Of a stretch of 64,000 bases of DNA, positions 43,264 through 57,090 are shown in pieces. The translations under genes were made by a program, and so were the position numbers. The notes beneath the pieces were generated by a model, which did not search any database, was not told the origin of the DNA, and worked only from the letters and a program-made list of their open reading frames with translations. The stretch comes from an uncultured Actinomycetes bacterium (GTDB lineage: Bacteria; Actinomycetota; Thermoleophilia; UBA2241): the NCBI GenBank assembly GCA_963845355.1, contig CAWJRV010000053.1, positions 14,156-78,155 on the forward strand, in the 5' to 3' direction. Each line of letters begins with the position of its first letter. Position 1 is the stretch's first letter.

Positions 43264-43310
43264 GCGTCGCTGGCGAAAAGTTGCAAATTACAACTTTTCG
43301 CCAGCGACGC
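43264..43310. terminator. perfect 20-bp stem / 7-nt loop hairpin between convergent genes
   Basis: GCGTCGCTGGCGAAAAGTTG-caaatta-CAACTTTTCGCCAGCGACGC. It has no flanking U-tract on either strand and lies between the EAL gene stop (43153) and the secA stop (43391). Confidence 0.45.
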
Positions 43311-43390
43311 AAACACAGCAGGCGGGCGGCGGAGCAGGGCGCAAGCCGACGGTCGCCGGCGTTACACGAACCTAGAGCTTGCCTGCCGCC

Positions 43391-46046
<2,656 letters not shown>

Positions 46047-46146
46047 GATGTGTCCTTGAGATCCTTGTCGTTATGGGAAGCTCTACGCTCCAGCCTACCT
46101 TATCGGCGCGCCGACCGTGAGGCCCGCGGACGACCCGGCGCGGCGG

Positions 46147-46189
46147 CGGCGCGGCCCCCGGCGCGCGGCGGGCGCCGGGGGCCGCGCCG
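46147..46189 (-). terminator. GC-rich hairpin immediately downstream of hpf
   Basis: An 18-bp stem (core GCGGCCCCCGGCGC / GCGCCGGGGGCCGC) with a 7-nt loop, starting 5 nt after the hpf stop. No U-tract. Confidence 0.4.
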
Positions 46190-46193
46190 GACC

Positions 46194-46850
46194 CTAGCTG
46201 CGAACGGGCTCGATCAGACCGAAGTCGCCGTCGCGCCGGCGGTAGACCACGTTGGTGTCGTTGGTCTCGGCGTTCGTGAAGACGAAGAAGCTGTGCCCGA
46301 TCAGCTCGAGCTGCAGGGTCGCTTCGTCGATCGACATCGGCTTGAGCGCGAACTGCTTGCTTTTGACCACGCGCGACTCGTCGTGGTGGTTGCCGCCCTC
46401 GGACTCGAGCTGACCGTTCCCGGCGACCGGCTGGAGGGTGAGCGCGGCGCTCGCCAGGGCCGCCGCCTCGTCGGCGATCGCGTCTTCGGGAGTCTCGGCG
46501 GCCGGCGCCGGCTTGCCCGCGTGATGGCGCAGGGCCTTGTGCTGCAGCTTGTCGTGATATCTCTTGACCTGGCGCTGGAGCTTTTCGGAGACGAGGTCGA
46601 TCGAGGCGTACATGTCGGGCGACGACTCCCTGGCGCGCAACACCGGCCCGCGCGTGAAGATCGTCGCCTCAGCGATCTGCGACTCGGCGCTGGGGTGGCT
46701 CTTCTCGACGATGAGCTCGAGCTCGACCAGGGTGACGTCGTCGATGTGCCGTTCGTTCAGGAGACGATGCAGCCTGGTGAGCTTCTCCTCGGCGTACTCC
46801 CTCATGGGGTCGGTAACGACTACGTGGCGGCCCTTGACCTGAATCTTCAT
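46194..46850 (-). CDS. hpf: ribosome hibernation-promoting factor (long HPF)
   Basis: ATG-46850 follows AAGGAG. It has an N-terminal S30AE/YfiA domain (MKIQVKGRHVVVTDPMREYAEEKL...), a linker, and the C-terminal dimerisation domain (KSKQFALKPMSIDEATLQLELIGHSFFVFTN). Confidence 0.9.
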   Translation of the reverse strand: MKIQVKGRHVVVTDPMREYAEEKLTRLHRLLNERHIDDVTLVELELIVEKSHPSAESQIAEATIFTRGPVLRARESSPDMYASIDLVSEKLQRQVKRYHDKLQHKALRHHAGKPAPAAETPEDAIADEAAALASAALTLQPVAGNGQLESEGGNHHDESRVVKSKQFALKPMSIDEATLQLELIGHSFFVFTNAETNDTNVVYRRRDGDFGLIEPVRS

Positions 46851-46863
46851 CGAGGCGGCTCCT

Positions 46864-47622
46864 TTACTTCCCGTCCGAAGCGATCTGGAGATGAAAAGCG
46901 CGGGCGGCGCGCGCAAACGTAAACGCATGCGGCTCGCAGCCCGCGTGTCTCAAAACAGCGGAACACGCATGTAGCGTCTCACCCGTCGTGTAGACGTCGT
47001 CAACAACCAACACGGTTCTCACTCTACCCACTTTATCGGCCACTGTGTCGTCGACCCTGAACGCCCCGTGCACGTTGGCGGCCCGGTCGAGGACGCCGAG
47101 CCCGCTCTGCCGCCGACCGCGGCGTGTTCGCACCAGCAACGAGGCAAACGGCAGGTCGGCGGCGGCGGCCAGGCGCCGCCCGAGCAGTGCCGCCTGGTCG
47201 AAGCCGCGTTCGAGATCGCGTTCGCGGTGGACCGGCACGCAGGTCACCAGGTCGACCGCGGCGCGGCCGCCGAGGGCCTCGACGGCGCCCGCGAACGAGA
47301 CCTCGGCGAGGCGAGCCATCTCGGCCGTCAGCGAGCGCAACGCACGGAACTTGCACGACGTCACCAGGCGGCGCGCCGGCCCTTCGTAGAGAAAGGCGGC
47401 GCGCGCCGAGCCAAAGGCAAGGCCACGGCCGCGACACTCGCGACAGGCACCCTGTGAGCGCGAAAGCGGCGCGCCGCAGCGCTCGCAGACGGTGGCCGGC
47501 AACGGCACGAGTTGGGGCGCGCAGGCGCCGCACAACCAGGCGCCGGCGCGCCCGCACACAACGCAGCGTTTGGGCAGGAAGAGGTCGACGGCCCCGTCGG
47601 CCAGCCGGCCGAGCGTGGTCAC
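46864..47622 (-). CDS. comF: ComF family phosphoribosyltransferase-like protein
   Basis: N-terminal Cys clusters (CVVCG...CGACAP...CERCG...CRECRG) and a PRTase motif VLVVDDVYTTGETL. The GTG start overlaps the upstream stop (GTGA). Confidence 0.8.
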   Translation of the reverse strand: MTTLGRLADGAVDLFLPKRCVVCGRAGAWLCGACAPQLVPLPATVCERCGAPLSRSQGACRECRGRGLAFGSARAAFLYEGPARRLVTSCKFRALRSLTAEMARLAEVSFAGAVEALGGRAAVDLVTCVPVHRERDLERGFDQAALLGRRLAAAADLPFASLLVRTRRGRRQSGLGVLDRAANVHGAFRVDDTVADKVGRVRTVLVVDDVYTTGETLHACSAVLRHAGCEPHAFTFARAARAFHLQIASDGK

Positions 47623-48839
47623 GCGGCGGGTTCGGGCGCCGCCGGGTCGGGCGTGGCCGGCGCAGGTGCCACCGGGTCGGGCGTGGCGGGTTCGGGCGCC
47701 GACGCATCGGGCGTGGCGGGCTCGACGTCGACCGCGGTCTGCGGAGCCAGCCGGGCGTCGTGCCTGACGACGGCGCCGTCGCCGATGACGCAGCCGTCGC
47801 CGATCACCGCGCCCTGGTGGACGACGGCGTCGTCGCCGATGCGCACCGCACGCCCGACGATGCCGCCGGCCAGCGCCGCGCGATGCCCGGTGGCCGTACC
47901 GTTCCAGTGGATCACGCCCTCGAGCACGGCGCCGTGGCCTATCGTGCAACCGTCGCCGATGACGAGCGGACCGATCAGCCTGGCCTGTGCGGCCACCCGG
48001 CAGCCGTCGCCGATCAGCACCGGCGGCACGATCTCGACGTCGTCGGCCACCTCGGTGCCGTCGCCGACCCACACCCCAAGGCGCAGCTCGCGACCGGGCA
48101 TCGAGACCCCCACCCTGCCGCGCAGGGCGTCGAAGTTGCCGCGCCGGTACTCGCGGATGCTGCCGACGTCGTTCCAGTAGGTCTCGAGGCGCCACACGTG
48201 GAACGGTTCGCCGCTCGTGAGCAGCCGCGGAAAGACGTCTTTGGCGTAGTCGACGAAGGCGCCCGGCGGGATGAGGTCGAAGATCGCCGGCTCGAACGCA
48301 TAGATGCCGCAGTTGCAGAGGCGCGACAGGGCGTCGGCGGCGGCCGGCTTTTCTTGAAAGCCGGTGACGCGCCCGTGGGCGTCGTGGACCACGACGCCGT
48401 AGCGCGACGGGTCGTCGACCTCTTTGACGGCGATGGTGGCGATGCCGCCGCTCTCGCGGTGAGCGGCCACGAACGACCCGATGTCGACGTCGGTCAGGGC
48501 GTCGCCGCTCACGACCAGGAACGTGTCGTCGCCGAGCAGCTCGCGAAACCCGCCCGTGCCCCCGGCGGTGCCCAGCAGCTTCTCTTCGAAGCGGTAGTGG
48601 GCGTTCAGGCCAAAGGCCCGGCCGTCGCCGAAGTAGGCCCGGATGTCGTCGGCGTAGTGGTGGAGGTTGATACAGACCTCGGTCACGCCGTGCCGGGCCA
48701 GCAGCCGCAGGATGTGCTCCATCACCGGACGATTGACGATCGGCGCCATGGGCTTGGCGGTGCGATCGGTGAGCGGCGCCAGGCGCGTGCCCAGGCCCGC
48801 CGCCATGATGTGCGCCTTGGGCGGCCGCCCGGTGGCCAT
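47619..48839 (-). CDS. NDP-sugar pyrophosphorylase (nucleotidyltransferase + left-handed beta-helix), with Pro-rich repeat tail
   Basis: MAAGLGTRLAPLT (GxGxRL), EKLLGTAGG, and C-terminal hexapeptide repeats (IGDGCxI...). The tail is EPATPDASAPEPATPDPVAPAPATPDPAAPEPAA. Confidence 0.8.
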   Translation of the reverse strand: MATGRPPKAHIMAAGLGTRLAPLTDRTAKPMAPIVNRPVMEHILRLLARHGVTEVCINLHHYADDIRAYFGDGRAFGLNAHYRFEEKLLGTAGGTGGFRELLGDDTFLVVSGDALTDVDIGSFVAAHRESGGIATIAVKEVDDPSRYGVVVHDAHGRVTGFQEKPAAADALSRLCNCGIYAFEPAIFDLIPPGAFVDYAKDVFPRLLTSGEPFHVWRLETYWNDVGSIREYRRGNFDALRGRVGVSMPGRELRLGVWVGDGTEVADDVEIVPPVLIGDGCRVAAQARLIGPLVIGDGCTIGHGAVLEGVIHWNGTATGHRAALAGGIVGRAVRIGDDAVVHQGAVIGDGCVIGDGAVVRHDARLAPQTAVDVEPATPDASAPEPATPDPVAPAPATPDPAAPEPAA

Positions 48840-50005
48840 CAGCCGCACACCCCTTCGAGACAGGCCCGGCGCAGCGCCGCCTCGAACGGCGGCCGCAGCA
48901 CGCCGACCTCGGTGATGATGGCGCTGACGTTGGCGTGCGGGGTGATGTCGAAGGCCGGGTGACGAGCGTGGGCGCCGGCCGGCGCCACCTGCACGCCGCG
49001 AAAGCTCGTGACCTCGCCGGGGTCGCGCTCTTCGATGGGGATGTCGGCGCCGCTCGCGACGCCGCGGTCGACCGTCGAAAGCGGCGCGGCCACATAGAAC
49101 GGCACGCCGTGCTCTTTGGCCAGCACCGACAGCGTGTAGGTGCCGATCTTGTTGGCGGTGTCGCCGTTTGCGGCGATGCGGTCGGCCCCGACGACGATGC
49201 CGTCGACCTCGCCCCTCGAGATGAAATGCCCGGCCATACCGTCGGCGATCACGCTGTAGTCGATGCCCTCGACGCCGAGTTCCCACGCCGTCAGGCGAGC
49301 GCCCTGCAGCCAGGGACGCGTTTCGTCGACGAGCACCGAGACGGCGCCGTCGAAGCGTTCGTGACAGGCGCGGATGACGCCCAGGGCGGTGCCGTAGCCG
49401 GCGGTCGCCAGGGCGCCGGCGTTGCAGTGCGTGAGGATGGTGGCGCCCGCCTTGAAGAGCGGCGCCCCGAAGGCGCCGATGGCATAGCAGCGGCGGATGT
49501 CGTCGTCGTGGATCTCGCGGGCTCGCGCGAGCAGGGTGAGCCAGCACTCCTGGGGCGCCGCGTCGCAGCGTTGCCACAGGCCGCGCATCTCGCCGATCGC
49601 CCAGGTGAGGTTGACGGCGGTGGGACGGGTCTGGGCCAGGCCCAGCGCGGCCTCGTCTAAGGCCGCGTTGAAGGCGGCGCGGTCGTCGGCGCCGGCAAAG
49701 GCGGCGGCCCGGGCGGCCAGCGCCAGGGCGCCGGCGGCGGCCACGCCGATCGCCGGGGCGCCGCGCACGGTCATGTCGCGGATGCGCCCGGCCACCTCTT
49801 GCCACGTGGCGCAGGTGACGTAGCGCTCGTCGTGCGGCAGGGCGAGCTGGTCGATCAGAACGACGGCGTCGGGCTTGATCTCGACCGTCTCGATGCGCAG
49901 CTTGTGCTGTGGGCGAAGACCGTTCAGAAGGCCCGTCCTTGCGCGGGCCGGCGCGTGACGCAGGTCGCCGGCGCAAAACGCGGCAGCCGGGAGGGGCTCA
50001 CGCAC
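48839..50005 (-). CDS. mtnA: S-methyl-5-thioribose-1-phosphate isomerase
   Basis: eIF-2B/MtnA family: VLIDQLALPHDERYV, VRGAPAIGVAAA, THCNAGALAT, VDETRPWLQGARLTAWEL, GADRIAANGDTANKIGTY. The start is uncertain: GTG-50005 after GGGGAGGGGG is the only ATG/GTG/TTG start downstream of the ahcY stop. Confidence 0.8.
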   Translation of the reverse strand: MREPLPAAAFCAGDLRHAPARARTGLLNGLRPQHKLRIETVEIKPDAVVLIDQLALPHDERYVTCATWQEVAGRIRDMTVRGAPAIGVAAAGALALAARAAAFAGADDRAAFNAALDEAALGLAQTRPTAVNLTWAIGEMRGLWQRCDAAPQECWLTLLARAREIHDDDIRRCYAIGAFGAPLFKAGATILTHCNAGALATAGYGTALGVIRACHERFDGAVSVLVDETRPWLQGARLTAWELGVEGIDYSVIADGMAGHFISRGEVDGIVVGADRIAANGDTANKIGTYTLSVLAKEHGVPFYVAAPLSTVDRGVASGADIPIEERDPGEVTSFRGVQVAPAGAHARHPAFDITPHANVSAIITEVGVLRPPFEAALRRACLEGVCG

Positions 50006-50043
50006 GTGCCCCCTCCCCACCGCCCTTACCGGATGTGTGAGTG

Positions 50044-51997
<1,954 letters not shown>

Positions 51998-51999
51998 CG

Positions 52000-53124
52000 T
52001 CAGAACGACGCGGCGCCGCCTTCGGCCGCGAGGCGCGCCTTCAAGTCCTCGATGGCAGCGACCGGCGACGGGTCGACGCCGTACAGCACGGCCAGGTAGA
52101 GCGAGGTGTAGTCGCCCACGTAGGCGCTCGACAGCACGCGTGCGAAGGGCAGCACGCCGCGTGCCGTGACGCGCGTGAGCCCGGCCACGCGCGGCTGCAT
52201 GATCGAGGCCGTGAAGGCCAGCCGGCGACGCAGGCGCTCGTCGCCTTCGGGGTCGTCGAGCAAGACGAGAAAGGCACGACCTGCCACGCCGGGGTTGGTC
52301 GCCCAACCGGCCAGCTCGTTGTGGTCGAGCTCGGGCAGCTCGTTGAAGAACGCCGGGGTCTCGGCGTTCTCGTTCAACTGGCCCTTCCAGCGTCGCGCGG
52401 CCGGCGCCGTGACGCCGGCGCCATAGACGATGGGCAGGCAGCCGGCGAGGCGACGGGCGATCGTCTTGGCCTCGTTGTCGTCGTCTCCCACGTCGGGCGA
52501 GAGCTCGTCGCGCAGCTCGGCCAGCACGTCGATGGCCTCGGCCACCTGCTCGTCGAAGCCGGCGAGCAGGCCGGCCTCTTCGAGGGCGGCGCCGATCGGC
52601 GTCGACAGGTAGCCGATCGAGGCCCGCGGCTGAAGACCGCTCGGCACGCCGACGAGCGGCAGATCGTGCCGGGCGGCAAGGTCGGCCAGCCGTCCGCCGG
52701 AGGTCACGCAGACCGGTCGGCAGCCGCGCGGCAGCGCGCGGTCGGCGCAGGCCAAGGTCTCTTCGGTGTTGCCGGAGTAGCTCACCGCGATCACCAGGGT
52801 TGAGTCGGTGGCCCAGGCCGGCAGCTCGTAGCCGCGCACGACCTGGTAGGGCACCGGCAGCCGCGGCACGCAGGCGCCGATGACGTCGGCGCCGATCGCC
52901 GAGCCGCCCATGCCGCAGACCACGACGCCGTCGGGCCTGGCCGAGGCGACGAGCCGCCTGCCGGTGAGCGCGGCGACGGCGCGCGTGTAGCCGGCCTCGA
53001 GCTGGGCCGAGAGGAGCGCGACCGCCTCGAACTCACCGCCGCTGTCGAGCTCGGCCAGATGCGCGCGATCGAACGCGCCGCGCGGCGCCCGACCGTCTGG
53101 TCCCGGTGTGTCGACGGCCGTCAC
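52000..53124 (-). CDS. bifunctional phosphoglucose/phosphomannose isomerase (SIS domain)
   Basis: SIS motif VVCGMGGSAIGADV and the C-terminal PGI/PMI motif FNELPELDHNELAGW. Confidence 0.8.
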   Translation of the reverse strand: MTAVDTPGPDGRAPRGAFDRAHLAELDSGGEFEAVALLSAQLEAGYTRAVAALTGRRLVASARPDGVVVCGMGGSAIGADVIGACVPRLPVPYQVVRGYELPAWATDSTLVIAVSYSGNTEETLACADRALPRGCRPVCVTSGGRLADLAARHDLPLVGVPSGLQPRASIGYLSTPIGAALEEAGLLAGFDEQVAEAIDVLAELRDELSPDVGDDDNEAKTIARRLAGCLPIVYGAGVTAPAARRWKGQLNENAETPAFFNELPELDHNELAGWATNPGVAGRAFLVLLDDPEGDERLRRRLAFTASIMQPRVAGLTRVTARGVLPFARVLSSAYVGDYTSLYLAVLYGVDPSPVAAIEDLKARLAAEGGAASF

Positions 53125-54479
53125 GAGGCGCTCCCGCCGATCACCGACAGCACGAGGTCGCGCTTCTCCGTCATGAGCGCCTCGCCCGTCGCTCCCAGGT
53201 TGAGCCGCAGGAGCGGCTCGGTGTTCGAGGGCCGCACATTGAAGCGCCAGTCGGGGTAGTCGACCGAGATGCCGTCGAGGTGCTCGATCGTGCCGTCGGC
53301 GAAGCGCTGTTCGATGCGCGCGAGGGTCGCCGGCACATCGTCGACCCGCGTGTTGATCTCGCCCGAGATGAAGTAGGTGGAGCGCAGCGGCGCGAGCAGC
53401 TCGGCCATCGTGGCGCGTTTGCGGGAGAGCAGCTCCAGGATGAGCAGCGCCGGAATGAAGCCGGAGTCGGCGTTGTGGTTGGCCTGGAAGTAGTAGTGGC
53501 CCGACACCTCGCCGCCGAACAGCACCGACTCGCGTCGCATGCGCTGCTTGAAGAAGGCGTGCCCGACGCGGTTTTTGAGCGGCACGCCGCCCGCCGCGCG
53601 GATGGTGTCGGGCACGGCCCGGCTGGCCCGCAGGTCGTAGAGGATGCCGGCGCCCGGGTGACGCACGAGCAGGGCCTCGGCCAGCAGCGCGGTCACGAAG
53701 TCGCCGGGCACGAACTCGCCGTTCTCGTCGACGAAGAAGCAGCGGTCGGCGTCGCCGTCCCAGGCGATGCCGAGGTCGGCCTTCTCGGCCACCACGCGCT
53801 GTCGCAGCTCACGACTGTTTTCTTCGAGCAGCGGGTTGGGCGCATGGTTGGGAAACCGCCCGTCGATCTCGAAGTAGAGCTCGACGCGGCGTATCGGCGT
53901 GCGCTCGAACACGAGCGGCGCGAGCTTGCCGGCGGCGCCGTTGGCGGCGTCCATCACGACGTGGTAGGGCCGCAGGGCATCGGCGTCGACCTGGGCCAGA
54001 AGGTGACGCACGTAGTCGGGGTAGAGGTCGTCGACGGCAAGCTCGGGCTCGACCCCGGCCCCGGCCGCCACTTCGCCCATCTCGAGCACTCGGCGCTTGA
54101 GCTCGGGGATGCCGGCGTCGCCCGACAGCGGCAGCGCGCCTTCGGAGACGAGCTTCATCCCGTTGTACTGTGGTGGATTGTGCGACGCGGTCACGGCGGC
54201 GCCACCGTCGAAGCCGCGGTCGGCGACCCCGAAGTAGAGCATCTCGGTCGGGATCATGCCGAAGCTCGCGACCCGCGCGCCGCGCGCCTGGGCGCCCGCC
54301 GCGAACGCGGCCGAGAGCGCGGGCGACGAGACCCGGGGGTCGTGACCCACGGCGAGGCGTTGCGCGCCGAGCTGGTCGGCCAGCGCGGCGCCGATGCGCC
54401 GGGCGCCCTCCTCGTCTAGCTCCTGCGGGTAGAGTCCGCGCACGTCGTAGGCTTTGAACACATCGGGCGAGACGGTCAT
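53121..54479 (-). CDS. phosphomannomutase/phosphoglucomutase
   Basis: Active-site loop TASHNPPQYNGMK and metal loop AWDGDADRCFF. Its size and domain order fit the alpha-D-phosphohexomutase family. Confidence 0.9.
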   Translation of the reverse strand: MTVSPDVFKAYDVRGLYPQELDEEGARRIGAALADQLGAQRLAVGHDPRVSSPALSAAFAAGAQARGARVASFGMIPTEMLYFGVADRGFDGGAAVTASHNPPQYNGMKLVSEGALPLSGDAGIPELKRRVLEMGEVAAGAGVEPELAVDDLYPDYVRHLLAQVDADALRPYHVVMDAANGAAGKLAPLVFERTPIRRVELYFEIDGRFPNHAPNPLLEENSRELRQRVVAEKADLGIAWDGDADRCFFVDENGEFVPGDFVTALLAEALLVRHPGAGILYDLRASRAVPDTIRAAGGVPLKNRVGHAFFKQRMRRESVLFGGEVSGHYYFQANHNADSGFIPALLILELLSRKRATMAELLAPLRSTYFISGEINTRVDDVPATLARIEQRFADGTIEHLDGISVDYPDWRFNVRPSNTEPLLRLNLGATGEALMTEKRDLVLSVIGGSAS

Positions 54480-55639
54480 CGGCCCTCCACTCCGTCGAAC
54501 TCGCGGAACTTCATGCTGCCGTCGCCGAGAACAGTCCCGGGATACAGGCAGCAGCCGTTGGCGATCACGTTGTCGGCGCCGATCCGGCAGCCGTCGCCGA
54601 CGACCGCGTTCACCAGGTGGCTGTCGGCGCCGAGCGAGGCGCCGCTGACGACGACGCTGCGGTGCACGACGGCCCGCTCACCCACCGTCACGCCGTCCTG
54701 CACGACCGACTCGGCGATGTCGGCGCCGGCTCCGACCGTGCAGCCGGCGCCGATCACGGCGAGCGGCCCCACACGGCTGTCCGGCCCAAGCGTCGTGCCG
54801 GCGCCGATGTGCGCCGGCGGCACGACCCGCGCCCCCGCTGAGACCACGGCATCGGCGGCGATGTACAGATACGAGGCGCCGACGTCGCCCGAGACGCTCG
54901 TCACGAGCTTGCTCTGCAGCAGGTCGAAGTGAGCCTGCAGGTAGCTGTCGGGCGTGCCGATGTCGCGCCAGTAGCCGTCGCCGACGAAAGCATGCAGGTT
55001 GCCGGCGGCGGCGAGCTGCGGAAACACGCCGCGCTCGATCGACAGCCGGCGCCCGGCCGGGATGGCGTCGAGCACCTCGGCTTCGAGCAGGTAGACGCCG
55101 GCGTTGATCAGCGCACCGTGCGCCGGCACGTCGTAGTCGGCCCCCGGCTTTTCGAGGAACTGCTCGACGCGCCCGCCGTCGGCGACTTCGACCAGGCCGT
55201 AGCGGCGCGGGTCGTCGACCCGCGTGAGCAGGATGGTCGCAAGCCCCGGGTGGCGCTCGTGGAAGACACGCATGGCGGTGAGGTCGACGTCGGCGAGCAC
55301 ATCGCCGTTCACGGCATACAGGCAGCCGTCGTCGAGCTCGGCCTGGACGTTCTTGATGGCCCCCGCCGTGCCGAGGGGTTGGTCTTCGACCACGTAGCGC
55401 ACCTCGAGACCGTAGCGACTGCCGTCGCCGACGGCCTCGCGCAACGCCGCCGCCAGATAGCCCGCCGAGAACACGACCCGCGCCACGCCGTGCCGGGCGA
55501 GGTTTTCGAGGATGTAGCCCACGAACGGCCGGCCGACCAGCGGCACCACCGGCTTGGGCAGGCGCGAAGTGATCGGTCGCAGCCGCGTGCCCTCACCGCC
55601 GACCAGGACGACCGCCTGAGCGCACGATGAGACGGCCAC
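54476..55639 (-). CDS. mannose-1-phosphate guanylyltransferase-type NDP-sugar pyrophosphorylase
   Basis: VLVGGEGTRLRPIT, EDQPLGTAGA, YWRDIGTP, and a C-terminal left-handed beta-helix. Start/stop overlaps couple it to the PMM gene. Confidence 0.85.
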   Translation of the reverse strand: MAVSSCAQAVVLVGGEGTRLRPITSRLPKPVVPLVGRPFVGYILENLARHGVARVVFSAGYLAAALREAVGDGSRYGLEVRYVVEDQPLGTAGAIKNVQAELDDGCLYAVNGDVLADVDLTAMRVFHERHPGLATILLTRVDDPRRYGLVEVADGGRVEQFLEKPGADYDVPAHGALINAGVYLLEAEVLDAIPAGRRLSIERGVFPQLAAAGNLHAFVGDGYWRDIGTPDSYLQAHFDLLQSKLVTSVSGDVGASYLYIAADAVVSAGARVVPPAHIGAGTTLGPDSRVGPLAVIGAGCTVGAGADIAESVVQDGVTVGERAVVHRSVVVSGASLGADSHLVNAVVGDGCRIGADNVIANGCCLYPGTVLGDGSMKFREFDGVEGR

Positions 55640-55648
55640 AGGCTGGTC

Positions 55649-56992
55649 CTACCTGGCCTCGTTGGAGGTGAGCGGATCGCCGACCGCCGCATGATCGTCG
55701 ACCGTACCGATGCCGTCGTAGGACAGCCCGGCCGCGGCGAGACGCCCGGCGTCGAGCACGTTGCGGCCGTCTATCACATAACGGCCGCGCATGCACTCGC
55801 GCACGACGTCCCAGTCGAGCGCCAGGAACTCGGGCCATTCTGTGACCATGATCGCGGCGTCGGCGCCGTCGAGGGCTTCGAGGGCGCTGGTGGCGATCTC
55901 GACGTTCGGGAACAGGTCGGCGTGCGCGCCGGGCGGCACCATCGGATCGAAGGCGGAGACCCGGGCGCCCTCGGCGTGCAGACGAGCGGCGAGGACGATG
56001 GAGGCGGCCTCGCGCAGGTCGTCGGTGTGCGGCTTGAAGGTGAGTCCAAGCAGGGCGACGTGCTTGCCGCGCAGCCGGCCCAGACGCTCCTGGAGCTTGC
56101 CCACCACGCGCCGCTTCTGCAGGTGGTTGACCTCGATCACGGCGTTCAGGAGTTGAAAGTGATAGCCCGTGTTGCCGGCGAGCTGCTTGAGTGCCTGCAC
56201 GTCTTTGGGAAAGCACGACCCGCCGTAGCCGATGCCGGCCTGCAGGAAGTGCGGTCCGATGCGGTGGTCGAGACCCATGCCGTCGGCCACGAAACGTACG
56301 TCGGCGCCGACCGCCTCGCAGACGTTGGCGATCTCGTTGATGAACGAGATCTTGGTGGCCAGGAAGGCATTGGAGGCGTACTTGATCATCTCGGCGGTGG
56401 GCACGGTGGTGCGCACGACGGTCGTCTCGATGGCGGCGAAGAGCCGCTGCACCTCGTCGCCGTCGGCCGCGTGGTAGGCGCCGATCACGATCCGGTCCGG
56501 GTGCAGCACGTCGTCGACCGCGGCGCCCTCGCGCAGGAACTCGGGGTTGGACACGTAGCCGATACCGGTGACCCCGGCGGCCTCGAGCTCGGCGGTGATG
56601 CGCTCGCCGGTGCCCACCGGCACGGTGCTCTTCATGACGAGCAGCCGTTCGCCGCCGCGGGAGCTCACGTCGCGCACCACCCGGTCGACGCGCGACATGT
56701 CGGCGTCGCCCGACGGCGACGGCGGCGTGTCGACGGCGACGAAAAGAATACGGCAACGCTCGCACAGCTCGTCGTACGAGGTGGTGAACGAGAGACGCTC
56801 GCGAGCGCCGGCGAGAAGCTCGTCGAGGCCGGGCTCGTAGATTGGTACGCGCCCGGCGCGCAGCGCCTCGACTTTGGCCTCGTCGACGTCGAGACATACG
56901 ACGCTGTGGCCGAGATGGGCGATGCACACGGCCGTCACGAGACCCACATAACCGACTCCGACGACCCCGACGCTGTCCTGCGTTTCCGGCAC
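55649..56992 (-). CDS. UDP-glucose 6-dehydrogenase
   Basis: N-terminal Rossmann VGVVGVGYVGL, catalytic GGSCFPKD, and the C-terminal UDP-binding domain. Confidence 0.9.
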   Translation of the reverse strand: MPETQDSVGVVGVGYVGLVTAVCIAHLGHSVVCLDVDEAKVEALRAGRVPIYEPGLDELLAGARERLSFTTSYDELCERCRILFVAVDTPPSPSGDADMSRVDRVVRDVSSRGGERLLVMKSTVPVGTGERITAELEAAGVTGIGYVSNPEFLREGAAVDDVLHPDRIVIGAYHAADGDEVQRLFAAIETTVVRTTVPTAEMIKYASNAFLATKISFINEIANVCEAVGADVRFVADGMGLDHRIGPHFLQAGIGYGGSCFPKDVQALKQLAGNTGYHFQLLNAVIEVNHLQKRRVVGKLQERLGRLRGKHVALLGLTFKPHTDDLREAASIVLAARLHAEGARVSAFDPMVPPGAHADLFPNVEIATSALEALDGADAAIMVTEWPEFLALDWDVVRECMRGRYVIDGRNVLDAGRLAAAGLSYDGIGTVDDHAAVGDPLTSNEAR

Positions 56993-57090
56993 GGTCCCTC
57001 CTCACTCCCGCTCGCGGGCGCCTAGTCTACCACCACGGACCGCGCCTGCGCCCGGCCCGCCACCGCTCACGCGGCGCCGTCGCAAGCCGT

